A model generated the notes under the pieces. That model searched no databases. It was not told the origin of the DNA and saw nothing but the letters and a program-made list of their open reading frames with translations. 64,000 bases of DNA. It comes from a candidate division WOR-3 bacterium. GTDB lineage: Bacteria > Hydrothermota > Hydrothermia > JBDRYB01. The stretch is taken from positions 49,671 through 113,670 of the forward strand of contig JBDRYB010000005.1 in NCBI GenBank assembly GCA_039803205.1, written 5' to 3'. Below, one piece after another: positions 18,538 to 28,626 of this stretch. The position numbers and the translations under genes are program-made. Each line of letters opens with the position of its first letter. Within the stretch, counting starts at the first letter, position 1.

Positions 18538-19628
18538 AAACGACCATATCCGTAATCAAGGCTGATGTAGGCGGCTATGTGGGCCACTCAAGCATGCATC
18601 CTGCCCTCATTGAAAAGGCAGAGGAAATGCTTAAGAAGGCCAAAGACGAATCTCTAATCCTGGACTTTTCCGTTCTCAGGGTCGGCGATGACCTTGACCT
18701 CGTGATGACGCACACCCATGGCGCTGACAGCCCAAAGATACACGGTCTCGCGTGGAAGGTATTTGAGGAATGCACGGAGATAGCAAAAGAGCTTGGGCTT
18801 TACGGCGCCGGTCAGGACCTTCTCGCCGACAGCTTCTCCGGCAATGTGAAGGGAATGGGGCCTGGGGTCGCTGAGATGACCATAGAGGAGCGCCCGTCCG
18901 AGCCCATAGTGATATTCTGCGCGGACAAGACAAGCCCATCAGCCTGGAACCTGCCCCTGTTTGAGATGTTCGGAGACCCACAGTGCACAGCCGGCCTCGT
19001 CATAGACCCGAAGCTCCACGATGGGTTTGTGTTCCATGTCCTTGATGTTTATGAGGGGGACCTCTTCAGCCTCGCTTGCCCTGAGGAGATGTATGACCTT
19101 CTCGCGATAATAAGCGGAACTGGCCGTTATGTGGTTAAGGAGGTCACGAAACGCGACGGAACCCCCGCGGCCTCGGCCTCTGTTCAGAAGCTCAACTTCA
19201 TAAAGGGCGAGTATGTGGGGAAGGATGACCCCGTGCTCATCACGAGAGGCCAGAGCGGTTTTCCCGCGATAGGGGAACTGCTTGAGCCCTTCGCGAGGCC
19301 CCATCTGGTTGACGGGTGGATGAGAGGAAGCCACATAGGCCCCTTGATGGCCGTTCCTTTCCACCAGGCAAACCCATCCCGTTTTGATGGACCGCCAAGG
19401 GTAATAGCCGCCGGCTACCAGCTCAAGGATGGCAAGCTGGTAGGCCCGCGCGACCTCTTTGATGACCCTGCTTTTGACAACGCGAGAAGGGTTGCCACCG
19501 AGATGGCGAACTTCATGCGCAGGCAAGGTATATTTGAGCCCCACAGATTGCCCGAGAGGGAAATGGAATACACGACCCTACCCCTTGTTTTGGAGCGCCT
19601 AAAGTCCAAGATGAAGAAGGAGAAGTGA
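18534..19628 (+). CDS. fbp: Bifunctional fructose-1,6-bisphosphate aldolase/phosphatase (class V)
   Basis: IKADVGG.VGH, GLYGAGQDLL, YVGKDDP, GWMRGSH.GPLM, EYTTLP. Confidence 0.95.
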   Translation: MKTTISVIKADVGGYVGHSSMHPALIEKAEEMLKKAKDESLILDFSVLRVGDDLDLVMTHTHGADSPKIHGLAWKVFEECTEIAKELGLYGAGQDLLADSFSGNVKGMGPGVAEMTIEERPSEPIVIFCADKTSPSAWNLPLFEMFGDPQCTAGLVIDPKLHDGFVFHVLDVYEGDLFSLACPEEMYDLLAIISGTGRYVVKEVTKRDGTPAASASVQKLNFIKGEYVGKDDPVLITRGQSGFPAIGELLEPFARPHLVDGWMRGSHIGPLMAVPFHQANPSRFDGPPRVIAAGYQLKDGKLVGPRDLFDDPAFDNARRVATEMANFMRRQGIFEPHRLPEREMEYTTLPLVLERLKSKMKKEK

Positions 19629-19629
19629 G

Positions 19630-20766
19630 TTGGAGGAGGTAAGCCTTTCCGAGTTCCGGGAATATGTGGCCCAGGTCGCTGAGAGGGAGATAGCTCCGCG
19701 AGCAGTTGAGGCTGACAGGAACGAGGTGTTTCCGTGGGATAGCTGGAGGGCGCTGGCCGGGAACGACCTTCTTGGGGTGAACGCTTCGCCTGATTTCGGT
19801 GGGATGGGCCTCAGCAATCAGCACTACGCTGTAATGATTGAGGAGATAACCAAAGCGGATCCCTCGGTGGCCGTGACGGTTGCGGTTCACACCGGCCTGG
19901 TTATCCACATGATAGAAACCTTTGGGACCCATGAACAACAGAATAAGTATCTCCCCGGCCTGATAAGGGGCGATCTCCTCGGCGCGTTCTCCTTATCCGA
20001 ACCGAACGCCGGATCCGACGCAGGGGCCATAAAGACAACGGCAAAAGAGACCCCCGATGGTTTCATCATAAACGGGTCAAAGATCTTCTGCACCTCCGGA
20101 AACATCGCCGACATCATAATCACATTCGCGGTCACAGACCCGGAACTCGGCAAAAAAGGAATATCAGCCTTCATAGTTGAAAAGGATACGCCGGGATTCT
20201 CCGTTCCAAGGCTGGAGCACAAGCTCGGCTGGAGAGGCTCCCCCCTGGCTCAGTTGGCGTTTGATGACGCTTTTGTCCCAAAGGAGAACATGCTTGGGGA
20301 GCGCGGGGCCGGGATGAAGCTCGCCTTAACCGCGCTTGATACTGGCAGGGTCGGGATGGCCGCGATGGGAACGGGCATCATAGCAGAAGCCCTCCGCCTC
20401 TCCTCTCAATACGCGAAGGAGCGCCATCAGTTTGGCCAACCAATAGGCTCTTTTGGCGCGGTTGCTGACATGATAGTCGGGATGGCTGTAGCTTACGAGG
20501 CCGCACTTCTTCTTACCCTGAACGCGGCCAGGCTCAAGGACGAAGGCAAGCGCTTCACAAAAGAGGCATCGGTAGCCAAGCTCTTTGCTACGGAGGCGGC
20601 CATGAGGGCCGCGATAGACTGCATACAGGTCTTCGGGGGATACGGATACACAACCGAATACAAGCCGGAGCGCCTTTTCAGGGATGCGAAAGCGCTTTCC
20701 ATCGTTGAGGGGACAAACCAGATACAGAGGATAGTGATAGCGAGGGAGGTCCTGGGGAGGTTTTAG
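19630..20766 (+). CDS. Acyl-CoA dehydrogenase
   Basis: FSLSEPNAGSD, NGSKIF, QVFGGYGY, IVEGTNQIQR. Confidence 0.95.
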   Translation: MEEVSLSEFREYVAQVAEREIAPRAVEADRNEVFPWDSWRALAGNDLLGVNASPDFGGMGLSNQHYAVMIEEITKADPSVAVTVAVHTGLVIHMIETFGTHEQQNKYLPGLIRGDLLGAFSLSEPNAGSDAGAIKTTAKETPDGFIINGSKIFCTSGNIADIIITFAVTDPELGKKGISAFIVEKDTPGFSVPRLEHKLGWRGSPLAQLAFDDAFVPKENMLGERGAGMKLALTALDTGRVGMAAMGTGIIAEALRLSSQYAKERHQFGQPIGSFGAVADMIVGMAVAYEAALLLTLNAARLKDEGKRFTKEASVAKLFATEAAMRAAIDCIQVFGGYGYTTEYKPERLFRDAKALSIVEGTNQIQRIVIAREVLGRF

Positions 20767-20832
20767 GGCCGGTTGACCCAGGCCCCTTAGGAACTGGTGC
20801 AGGGACACTAGCCTATCCGTTATAATTTCGTC

Positions 20833-21573
20833 ATGCCAACCCTTGAGAACTTGTTGAATGTTGATATTTCTTCGGTATCTTTCTGGGCCGCTTGCGGATT
20901 TTCCCTCATAGGAGGCGTTCTCTCGTTCCTCTCGCCCTGCGTTTTACCCCTCATCCCCGCCTATGTCTCGTTCATATCCGGAATATCCGTTGAGGAGCTC
21001 ACGGGCCAGGGCCTCGGGAGATCAACCGCCCGCGTCGCGATAGCCGCATTGCTTTTTGTTCTCGGCCTCTCAACCATATTCGTCGTGGCTGGGGGCATAT
21101 CTGGGGCCCTCTCCTCATTCGTGGCAAATTACATGAAGATAATAGAGAAGGTAGCGGGGGTTCTGATCGTCCTCTTCGGCATATACCTTCTCGGCTTCTT
21201 CAAGTTCGGTTTCATGGAACAGGAACGCAGGCTTAGGCTATCAAGGCCGGTGAACCTGGTTGGCGCATACCTTCTTGGCCTCGCCTTCGCTTTCGGTTGG
21301 ACCCCGTGCATAGGCCCCATAATTGCTGGAATACTCCTCATTGCCGCAACCCAGGGCGCCGTCAAGGGAATGATACTCCTCCTCTTCTACTCCCTCGGCC
21401 TATCCATACCATTCATAATTTCAGCCCTGGCACTGAACGCCTTCTTCTCGGTCTTCAAGAGGATAAAGAAGGCCTTCAGGGTAATAGAGATAATATCGGG
21501 CGTTCTCCTTATTGTCGCTGGCATCCTGGTCTTCTTCGGGATTCTCAGTCAGGCGGTGTCGCTTTTGCAATAG
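20833..21573 (+). CDS. ccdA: Cytochrome c biogenesis protein CcdA
   Basis: SFLSPCVLPLIP and GWTPCIGP motifs; multi-TM. Confidence 0.93.
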   Translation: MPTLENLLNVDISSVSFWAACGFSLIGGVLSFLSPCVLPLIPAYVSFISGISVEELTGQGLGRSTARVAIAALLFVLGLSTIFVVAGGISGALSSFVANYMKIIEKVAGVLIVLFGIYLLGFFKFGFMEQERRLRLSRPVNLVGAYLLGLAFAFGWTPCIGPIIAGILLIAATQGAVKGMILLLFYSLGLSIPFIISALALNAFFSVFKRIKKAFRVIEIISGVLLIVAGILVFFGILSQAVSLLQ

Positions 21574-21596
21574 GAAAACCGTAGCCGCTTTCGCTC

Positions 21597-21630
21597 ACAA
21601 AAACCCCGATCTTGTTTATATCATCGGGGC
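21597..21630 (-). terminator. Intrinsic terminator between convergent genes
   Basis: CCCCGAT/ATCGGGG stem with T-run on minus strand. Confidence 0.5.
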
Positions 21631-21637
21631 TCTCGTG

Positions 21638-23914
21638 CTATTTTATAAGCACAACCTTCGCTACCCTGGACTCCCTGCCGGCCGTAAGCCTGATGAAATA
21701 GACCCCTTGACCCAGCTCTCCGGCCCTCAGATCCACCGCGTATGTTCCGGCCTCCATCTTGCCCTCCGCTAGGACCCTTAGTTGTCTTCCTGAAGCGTCG
21801 TAAATGGAGAGCTTGATATCGGATTCCCTTGGTAGGCCGAAGCTTATGGTCCCCCTGTCCCTCAGTATGCCTGGGCTTTTGAGGGTTAGCATTCCCGGCA
21901 GTGGACCCTTCTCATAGACAGGCACGCTGGCTATGCCAGCGAGAACTATTAGGCTATAGGGCTGGGGGCCCTGGGGAACATTCGTGCCCTTTACGGTTAT
22001 GGTGTATGTTCCTATCTCAGCGGTTGATGTCCTGACCATCTCCTCAACATTTTTGCTGTCCGCCGAGCCTCCGGGCTGGGACTCGTAATTGGAGAGGTTG
22101 TTTCCTCTGTATAATGTGCCGCCAGGGCTCAAAACCTCAAGGTCAAGGTTGTTGACTATGGCTGGGTTCGCGCCCGTAGCCGCAGGGGCATCACTCCAGA
22201 CGAGGACCGCCTTGAAGCCCAAAGAAGCGTTGTCAACGCTCAGTTGATACTGGTGCTGTTGCCCAGTTGAGAGCCCGGTTCTCTCGTCAACCACGAACAT
22301 CTCCTTCGGTATGTTCTCATCGCCCCCAAAATACAATGCCTCGTCCAGCAATATCCTGCCGAATCCCTGAGTGCTGTCTATGGGATATGTTGAGACGCCG
22401 GTCATCCGGACAGCTGAGGCTATGAGCGTGGCCTTTATCAGGGAACCCTGGGGGATGAAAGCGTTTCCGGGAACCGGAGAACCGGTTGGATACCACCCCT
22501 CAGCGTAATACTGCCTGACGATGGCCGCGGCGCCAGCAACAACGGGCGTTGCCATGCTCGTTCCCATGAACGGGTTGCCCTGGATGTTGCAGGTTGGCTG
22601 TTGGTTTGGGTTGTTGTCAGCGGAGTTAATGTAATTGCTCCCATCGCCTCCTGGCGCTGTTACGGTTGGCTTTATCCTTCCGTCGTAAGCCGGGCCCCTG
22701 CTTGAGTAGCTGGCTATCGCCTCATCCGAGGGAAATGCACCCGTAGCCCCCACGGATACGCAGTTCTTCGCGCACGCTGGTGTCCCGACCGTGTGGTAGT
22801 TAGGGCCGGAGTTCCCGGCCGCGAACAGAATTAGAGCGTCCGGATTATCCCACATGAACCTGTCAACATCGCGCGCGTATGTGTCGTAGCTGGTTGAGGT
22901 TGAACCCCAGGAGTTCGTCATCACCCTCGCGCCATATGCATAGAACTCAGAGTATATGGTGTATAGGTCAGAGTTTATGTCCAGCGAACCCAGATTGCAC
23001 GACCAGGCATCATTGCCCTGAACATCCCCGCATCCTATCTTTGCCATATAGGCCATGCCGTTATACTGCTGGTTTGATCCGTATATGTCGTTCCCGGCAG
23101 CTGTTCCAGCCACATGGGTTCCGTGGTCCGTTTGGCAAGAGGCAAAATCGTCTCCCGATGAGTTATAAACCTCGTAGAAGGGAACCTTCCTGTGGTTTGG
23201 GCCTATGGGGTTGCTCTCATCCCGGAAGAAGCAGTGGAAGTAATCCAAACCGCTATCCAGCATCCCTATCACCTGGCCCTCTCCGTGAAGCCCGTGGCGC
23301 CAGATGAGGCTATCCCCCTGGATGTGGGTCTGGAAAGACCACCTGTCGTTGTTGTTCATGAGATAGCTCTCTGGCTCCTCCTGGACCCACATTACGCCCT
23401 CTGTTCTGGCTATCTCCTTGATCACATCGCTGGCGGCAGACCAGGGGACCCTGATCCTCATCCTCGGTTCGTATTTTTCCGATGAATAAAGGATCTCGGC
23501 TCCGAGACTGGTGAACCTCGTTTTGATCCCCTGAAGATCAGCATCAGGAAACAGGGAAACGAGAAGGTAGCAGTGCTCCGCGTATTTCGGGTTCTCGTGA
23601 TCAACTGAGCCGGTCCCGGGCTGGATCCTGAAGGCGGGATGATAGGGAATTATCTCTGATACGAAGCCCATAGCCATGAGCTCTGCCCTCTTATCCGAAG
23701 GGAGTTTCGCCAGAAAAGCGTTATCGGGTATGTAGCTGTATAGAGGAATGCCCATCTCCGCGAGCGCGGTCTTTTCTGGGTCAGCGATCCCGTCCTTGAA
23801 GACCAGTATGGCGTATTGGGTGTTGGGATCGGTGAGCTCAGGGGCTGGGTTTGGGCTATACGACGAGAGGCCTATGCCTCCAACGACGCTGAGTAAAAGC
23901 ATGTTCGCAAACAT
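21638..23914 (-). CDS. Secreted S8 subtilisin-like peptidase with T9SS-like CTD
   Basis: LDSG, HGTHVAG, GTSMATP triad; CTD IYDASGR...GVYFIRL; SD GGAGG before ATG 23914. Confidence 0.92.
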   Translation of the reverse strand: MFANMLLLSVVGGIGLSSYSPNPAPELTDPNTQYAILVFKDGIADPEKTALAEMGIPLYSYIPDNAFLAKLPSDKRAELMAMGFVSEIIPYHPAFRIQPGTGSVDHENPKYAEHCYLLVSLFPDADLQGIKTRFTSLGAEILYSSEKYEPRMRIRVPWSAASDVIKEIARTEGVMWVQEEPESYLMNNNDRWSFQTHIQGDSLIWRHGLHGEGQVIGMLDSGLDYFHCFFRDESNPIGPNHRKVPFYEVYNSSGDDFASCQTDHGTHVAGTAAGNDIYGSNQQYNGMAYMAKIGCGDVQGNDAWSCNLGSLDINSDLYTIYSEFYAYGARVMTNSWGSTSTSYDTYARDVDRFMWDNPDALILFAAGNSGPNYHTVGTPACAKNCVSVGATGAFPSDEAIASYSSRGPAYDGRIKPTVTAPGGDGSNYINSADNNPNQQPTCNIQGNPFMGTSMATPVVAGAAAIVRQYYAEGWYPTGSPVPGNAFIPQGSLIKATLIASAVRMTGVSTYPIDSTQGFGRILLDEALYFGGDENIPKEMFVVDERTGLSTGQQHQYQLSVDNASLGFKAVLVWSDAPAATGANPAIVNNLDLEVLSPGGTLYRGNNLSNYESQPGGSADSKNVEEMVRTSTAEIGTYTITVKGTNVPQGPQPYSLIVLAGIASVPVYEKGPLPGMLTLKSPGILRDRGTISFGLPRESDIKLSIYDASGRQLRVLAEGKMEAGTYAVDLRAGELGQGVYFIRLTAGRESRVAKVVLIK

Positions 23915-23963
23915 ATTAAACCTCCGTTGCCACATAAATTATAACGCGGGCAAAGGGTTTTTT

Positions 23964-24542
23964 TCAATCCGAGGCCTCGCGCACAACCCCCTCTATCATA
24001 CGATACCTTCTCCCGCAGGAGCATGTCGCCTCGTTTCCCGAGAAGGAGAGGCGTCTCCCGCACTCGCACATGTAGCCGACGAGCCTAGCTGGGTTTCCGA
24101 CAACTATGCCGTAGTCAGGGACATCCCTCACAACGACCGCGCCAGCCCCGACCATGGCCCATCTTCCTATTGTTATGCCGCAGAGTATGGTTGAGTTAGC
24201 GCCTATGCTAGCGCCCTCCTTAACCAGGGTCGGAACCCATTGGCCTCCCTTGGGATACTTTGCCCTTGGGTTGAGGTCGTTCGTGAAGACAGCGGATGGT
24301 CCAACGAAGACCCAGTCCTCAAGGGTCACAAGGTCATAAACGGAAACATTGTTTTGGAGCTTAACTCCGTTGCCCAAAACCGCCCTTCCGCCTACGAAGC
24401 AGTTCTGACCGATAACGCAGTTCTCGCCTATCTTGGCTCCTGCCATGATGTGGGAGAAGTGCCAGATCTTCGTCCCGCCGCCTATCTCACAGGGCTGGTC
24501 AACAACAGCAGTCTCGTGAACGAAATAAGGCTTCTCGCTCAT
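23964..24542 (-). CDS. Hexapeptide-repeat sugar N-acetyltransferase (WbpD/WlbB-like)
   Basis: IWHFSH, GPSAVFTND, GNPAR, C-terminal Cys motif. Confidence 0.85.
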   Translation of the reverse strand: MSEKPYFVHETAVVDQPCEIGGGTKIWHFSHIMAGAKIGENCVIGQNCFVGGRAVLGNGVKLQNNVSVYDLVTLEDWVFVGPSAVFTNDLNPRAKYPKGGQWVPTLVKEGASIGANSTILCGITIGRWAMVGAGAVVVRDVPDYGIVVGNPARLVGYMCECGRRLSFSGNEATCSCGRRYRMIEGVVREASD

Positions 24543-24577
24543 GATGAGATTATAAAGAATCGCGCTCTCCGGGTGCA

Positions 24578-25492
24578 TTAAAAGAGGAGCCTTTCCGAGC
24601 GCTCCCTGATGAACCTTTCTCCCTCATCAGGCCCGTGCAGGATTCCCAGCCTCCGCATGAAATAGATCTGCCTCCGGGCAAACTCCCTCGTGTTCCTCTT
24701 TATCAAAGCCACAGCCTCCTCAAGGCTCATTTCGCCGAGGAGGTGCTTCACGAGCTCCTGATAGCCTATTGCCCTCATTCCTGGCGCACCCGGCCCGTAT
24801 TTCTCTAGGAGGCCCCTGACCTCATCAAGGAGCCCCTCGCTCATCATTTCTCCAATCCGCTCGTCAATCCTCCTGTAAAGGCTCTCCCTATCAACCGGCA
24901 GGGTTATGTAGAAAGGCCTGAAAAGCGGCTCTCTGCGCTCAGCCCAGAGCTCTGAGATGGGCTTTCCGGTCTGATAATAAACCTCAAGCGCCCTCTCTAT
25001 CCTAACCCAATCGTTCGGATGAATCCTGGCCGCTGATGCTGGGTCTACCTCGGAGAGCTCTCGGTGGAGGGCTGGCGCGCCCTCATTGGCTACCCTCTCA
25101 AGGAGCCTCTTCCGCAGATTCTTGTCAACAGGAGGAGCGGGAAAGAATCCCTCAAAAAGGGCCTTGAAGTAGAGGATCGTCCCGCCAACCAGAAGGGGTA
25201 TCTTTCCTTTCTCTAGAAGATTTTGGATGATGGCCTCAGCGTCCCGAGCGAAGTCCTCAGCAGAGTAATGCTCGTCCGGAGTGAGGATATCCATAAGGTA
25301 GAACCTCTTTCGGGTCTCATGGCGAGGTTTTCCGGTTCCTATGTCCATCCCTATGTATATCTTGCGGGAATCAACGGATATCAGCCCTATTGGAAATCTA
25401 TCGGCCAGAGCAAGGGCAAAAGCCCCCTTTCCGGAGGCTGTTGGCCCAACTATTGCTGGAATCAGGTTATCCCTTGGGCCAGATCCTTCCAT
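24578..25492 (-). CDS. miaA: tRNA dimethylallyltransferase
   Basis: GPTASGK, DSRKIY.GMDIGTGKP, VGGT.LY, AIGYQE. Confidence 0.95.
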   Translation of the reverse strand: MEGSGPRDNLIPAIVGPTASGKGAFALALADRFPIGLISVDSRKIYIGMDIGTGKPRHETRKRFYLMDILTPDEHYSAEDFARDAEAIIQNLLEKGKIPLLVGGTILYFKALFEGFFPAPPVDKNLRKRLLERVANEGAPALHRELSEVDPASAARIHPNDWVRIERALEVYYQTGKPISELWAERREPLFRPFYITLPVDRESLYRRIDERIGEMMSEGLLDEVRGLLEKYGPGAPGMRAIGYQELVKHLLGEMSLEEAVALIKRNTREFARRQIYFMRRLGILHGPDEGERFIRERSERLLF

Positions 25493-26034
25493 CTGAACCT
25501 CACTGCTACCATTCCTCCGCCAGGCGCTATAAACGGATTGTCCGAGGAAAAAAGCGCGTCCGCGATCTCCGCCGCGGCGCGGGGCGAAATCGGCCTTTCT
25601 GGCGAGAGCGCTAGCCTTTCGCGCGCGAGGGCAATAGCCTCATCCAAAGCTAGGGGAGGGAGGTCAACGATCCCAGCGAAGAAGGATTCTAGAGCCTCAG
25701 GGGTGATGTGCCAAGGGAACCTGGGGAGGGACTTCACCACAGCAAAATTCCCAGATACCTCAACCGCAAAGCCCATCCTGCCCAGGAGCCCGACGCGGTC
25801 CCTGAGTCCCGGAACACAAGGGATCTTCAATGGAAATATTGGGGTTTCTGTCCTCGGCGTCCCAGAACAAAGGGTATCGTGTATGATCCTCTTAGAGGCC
25901 TTCTCTGGGTCTATGAGGAGAAATCCATCGGAGAGAAAGGCCAGGATGAACCCGCCTGGGACCTGGATTATCTGGGGAAGGTTCGGGGGGTCCGGTTCCC
26001 TGACTATCTCTCCGAACTCAAGGGGCCTGGGCAT
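25462..26034 (-). CDS. Stand-alone degenerate MutL C-terminal domain
   Basis: Q...FIL...DGFLLIDPEKASKRIIHD aligns by eye to MutL DQHAAHERILYE; directly upstream of miaA. Confidence 0.65.
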   Translation of the reverse strand: MPRPLEFGEIVREPDPPNLPQIIQVPGGFILAFLSDGFLLIDPEKASKRIIHDTLCSGTPRTETPIFPLKIPCVPGLRDRVGLLGRMGFAVEVSGNFAVVKSLPRFPWHITPEALESFFAGIVDLPPLALDEAIALARERLALSPERPISPRAAAEIADALFSSDNPFIAPGGGMVAVRFRWKDLAQGIT

Positions 26035-26960
26035 CACCCGCCTCCCAAAAGCCTCCTCAGCCTCGCGGCAAAGGCCTCCTCCGCGCTCTCGCCCCTGGCC
26101 CTCGCCAGCGCGTCCAAAGCGAGAACCTCAACGATTGTCGCCATGTCCCTTCCCGGTATCATGGGATACCTTATTAGTGGTATCTCAACCCCCAGGATAT
26201 TTTGGGTTCCCCTATCGGGTTCAAGAGGGACATCTGCCTCCCTTTCGGAGAGCTCCAGCACGAGGTTTATCTCCTTGATCTCCCTGAGAGCGCCTCTTCC
26301 GAAATGCTGAGTCACATCAACCATTCCAACCCCCCTTATTTCCATGAATCCTCTGAGCTCCGGAGGGGCAACGGGGACCCCCTGTAGGTGGCCCTCGGGA
26401 AACGCTATCGCTTTTACTATGTCATCCGCTACGAGGGAGTGTCCGAGCCTCAACAGGCACAGGGCGGTCTCGCTCTTGCCGATCCCTGGTTTCCCCGTTA
26501 TCAGGACCCCTGTTCCAAAAACATCCACGAGGGTTCCGTGGATCACGGTTGATGGAGCGAGCTGAAAACCCAGGTAATCGGAAAGGAGGTGAGTGAACGC
26601 GCTGGTTTTCAGGGATGTCGCTATTGTCGGAATCCCAGAGGCCTCGGATTCTTCGCAGAGTTCACCCGGGGGGAGGAGCCCTCTCGTCACGAACACACCA
26701 GGGATCCCTGTTCCATAGAACTCTCTGAGAATTCGCCTCCTTTCCCTCTGGGGCCTTGAACCGAGAAACGCTATCTCTGTCTGGCCTATTATCTGAACGC
26801 GCTTTGATGGGAAGAACTCCCTGTAACCGAGAAAAAACATGCCTGGCCTGTGGAGATCCGGTTTGGTTATCTCCCTATCTAGCCCCCCCTCTCCCGCGAT
26901 AACACCAAGACGCCAGGCCTTGGATTTCTCAGAAAGTATCTGCCGAAAGGAGACCGTCAA
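26034..26960 (-). CDS. hprK: HPr kinase/phosphorylase
   Basis: HGTLVDVFG.GVLITG..GIGKSE, LVADD, MEIRG.G. Confidence 0.95.
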   Translation of the reverse strand: MTVSFRQILSEKSKAWRLGVIAGEGGLDREITKPDLHRPGMFFLGYREFFPSKRVQIIGQTEIAFLGSRPQRERRRILREFYGTGIPGVFVTRGLLPPGELCEESEASGIPTIATSLKTSAFTHLLSDYLGFQLAPSTVIHGTLVDVFGTGVLITGKPGIGKSETALCLLRLGHSLVADDIVKAIAFPEGHLQGVPVAPPELRGFMEIRGVGMVDVTQHFGRGALREIKEINLVLELSEREADVPLEPDRGTQNILGVEIPLIRYPMIPGRDMATIVEVLALDALARARGESAEEAFAARLRRLLGGG

Positions 26961-27241
26961 TGCCTCAGTTTTTCCTCATATGACTTGAGGTTGTTGGCCA
27001 TGATGTCCCTGAGCTCATCAACGAGGGCCATGGGGTCCTTGTTTGATGAACGGGCCTTCAGGGTCCTCCCCTTGACCTTTACGATGAACTCCCCGGTATA
27101 AATACCCCTCTGTTCCTCTAAGAGGAGCTCTGTGTGGATTATGTTCTTTGAGAAGCGGTCCAGCTTGGCAAACCGCTTCTCGGTATATTCCTTCAGAGAC
27201 GGCGTCAGCTCAAGGTTCTTAGTGCGGATGGTCAAGGTCAT
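26957..27241 (-). CDS. hpf: Ribosome hibernation factor (short HPF/RaiA)
   Basis: KNLELTPSLKEY.EKR..KLDRF; precedes hprK. Confidence 0.88.
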   Translation of the reverse strand: MTLTIRTKNLELTPSLKEYTEKRFAKLDRFSKNIIHTELLLEEQRGIYTGEFIVKVKGRTLKARSSNKDPMALVDELRDIMANNLKSYEEKLRH

Positions 27242-27314
27242 CTCTTGCCTCCTCGCGGGAGAAATTATAATAGGGAGAGGGGGACTGGGTCAAGCGCGCC
27301 AAGCCCCAGGAGGC

Positions 27315-28463
27315 TTACTCAAACACGAATTCCTTCGCTAGCCAAGCCCTCACGGAGACAGCGTCCTCGTAGCCCTCCTCGGCCATGAGGTATCCGCCGG
27401 AAAGCCCGAATTTCACGGCATCTTTTACCTCAAACACGAAAGAGATGTCAAACTCGTTTCCTATGCCCCTGGAAGAGTCCGCAGTAAAAGCGCTTGCGAG
27501 CCTATAATAATCAACCCTCGTCATCATGTTGAGGTCTGGTCTCAGGAACTCAAGGTATCTCCCGTAGCTGGCGTGGGCGTTTACGGCCGAGATGTCAGAA
27601 AGGCCCCTGAGGAATGGGTCCGGAGCGAGGCCGAATGTGAAGGCTTCGCCTAGGCCGCCCCAGCCAATCTCATCGTAGCTGTAAGCGATGTTCTGACCAA
27701 ATGGGTTCACCCACTTGGGGTCTATGGTGAAGAGAGCGGCGCCCAAACCAAATGAGCCGCGGGCGAGCTCAGCTATCCCCAAGCCGGATACAACGCTTAT
27801 GGTATCGGAGATGTAATCTGCGCCCTCAAGAGCGAGGCTCAGGATCCCCCACTTGAGCTCGCCCCTTCCCCCTGCCCAGAGGTCATACTTGTCGTTGGCC
27901 GAGGGCGTTGGCCTGCTGAGGGCATAAAGGGAGAACCCCAGTAGACCAAACCATGCCCCGCCATTGGCACCAGCCATCCAGGATGGGGTTTCCCCAATAG
28001 CCACGGGCTCGGTGTATAAGGCGTGAATGTTAAGGTAGACCTTATCCCCGAACAGGAGGGAGAGGGCTGGATAGCCCTTCAGCCTGTCTGACCAAACAAG
28101 GCCATTGCCGTAGATGAGCAACTGCTTTCCGGCCCTCAGAGAGAACCAATCCGAGAGATACGCCTCAGCGTATGCCTCAGGGATGTTGAACCTGTTGTAG
28201 GCATCCTCCGCGCCCCATGACTGGAGCCTCACAACCCCTGAAAGCCACGAACCGAAGGTCATGTCAAACGCCAGCTCAACGCGGTGCATGTAAAGCGGTT
28301 CTATCGTGGTATCTACGGATGTGCCAATTCCCCAGAGGCTAAGGTTTCCCGTGAGATTGTAGGTGCCGGTCTCTCCAACACCGACAACCTCCTCTTCCCA
28401 TGCGCCGACGCTTTCCTGCGCCATCGCGATTCCCGGTATCAGAAAAAAGACGATGTATCTCAT
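27315..28463 (-). CDS. Outer-membrane beta-barrel (alginate-export-like)
   Basis: Signal peptide; LRAGKQ...G.G, GNEFD motifs; amphipathic strands. Confidence 0.6.
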   Translation of the reverse strand: MRYIVFFLIPGIAMAQESVGAWEEEVVGVGETGTYNLTGNLSLWGIGTSVDTTIEPLYMHRVELAFDMTFGSWLSGVVRLQSWGAEDAYNRFNIPEAYAEAYLSDWFSLRAGKQLLIYGNGLVWSDRLKGYPALSLLFGDKVYLNIHALYTEPVAIGETPSWMAGANGGAWFGLLGFSLYALSRPTPSANDKYDLWAGGRGELKWGILSLALEGADYISDTISVVSGLGIAELARGSFGLGAALFTIDPKWVNPFGQNIAYSYDEIGWGGLGEAFTFGLAPDPFLRGLSDISAVNAHASYGRYLEFLRPDLNMMTRVDYYRLASAFTADSSRGIGNEFDISFVFEVKDAVKFGLSGGYLMAEEGYEDAVSVRAWLAKEFVFE

Positions 28464-28626
28464 AGGGGTAAATGTTAAACCGAGGAGATGCCGGGTTTCA
28501 ACCCGGGTTCTACTCTGTAATAGGCCTCTCGGGCCATTACCGCTATGTGCTTCTGTCACAAGAACAAGGTTAGAATTGGACATAGGCAGATTGATCAGGT
28601 CTCCGAGCGTAGGTTATAATTTTACC

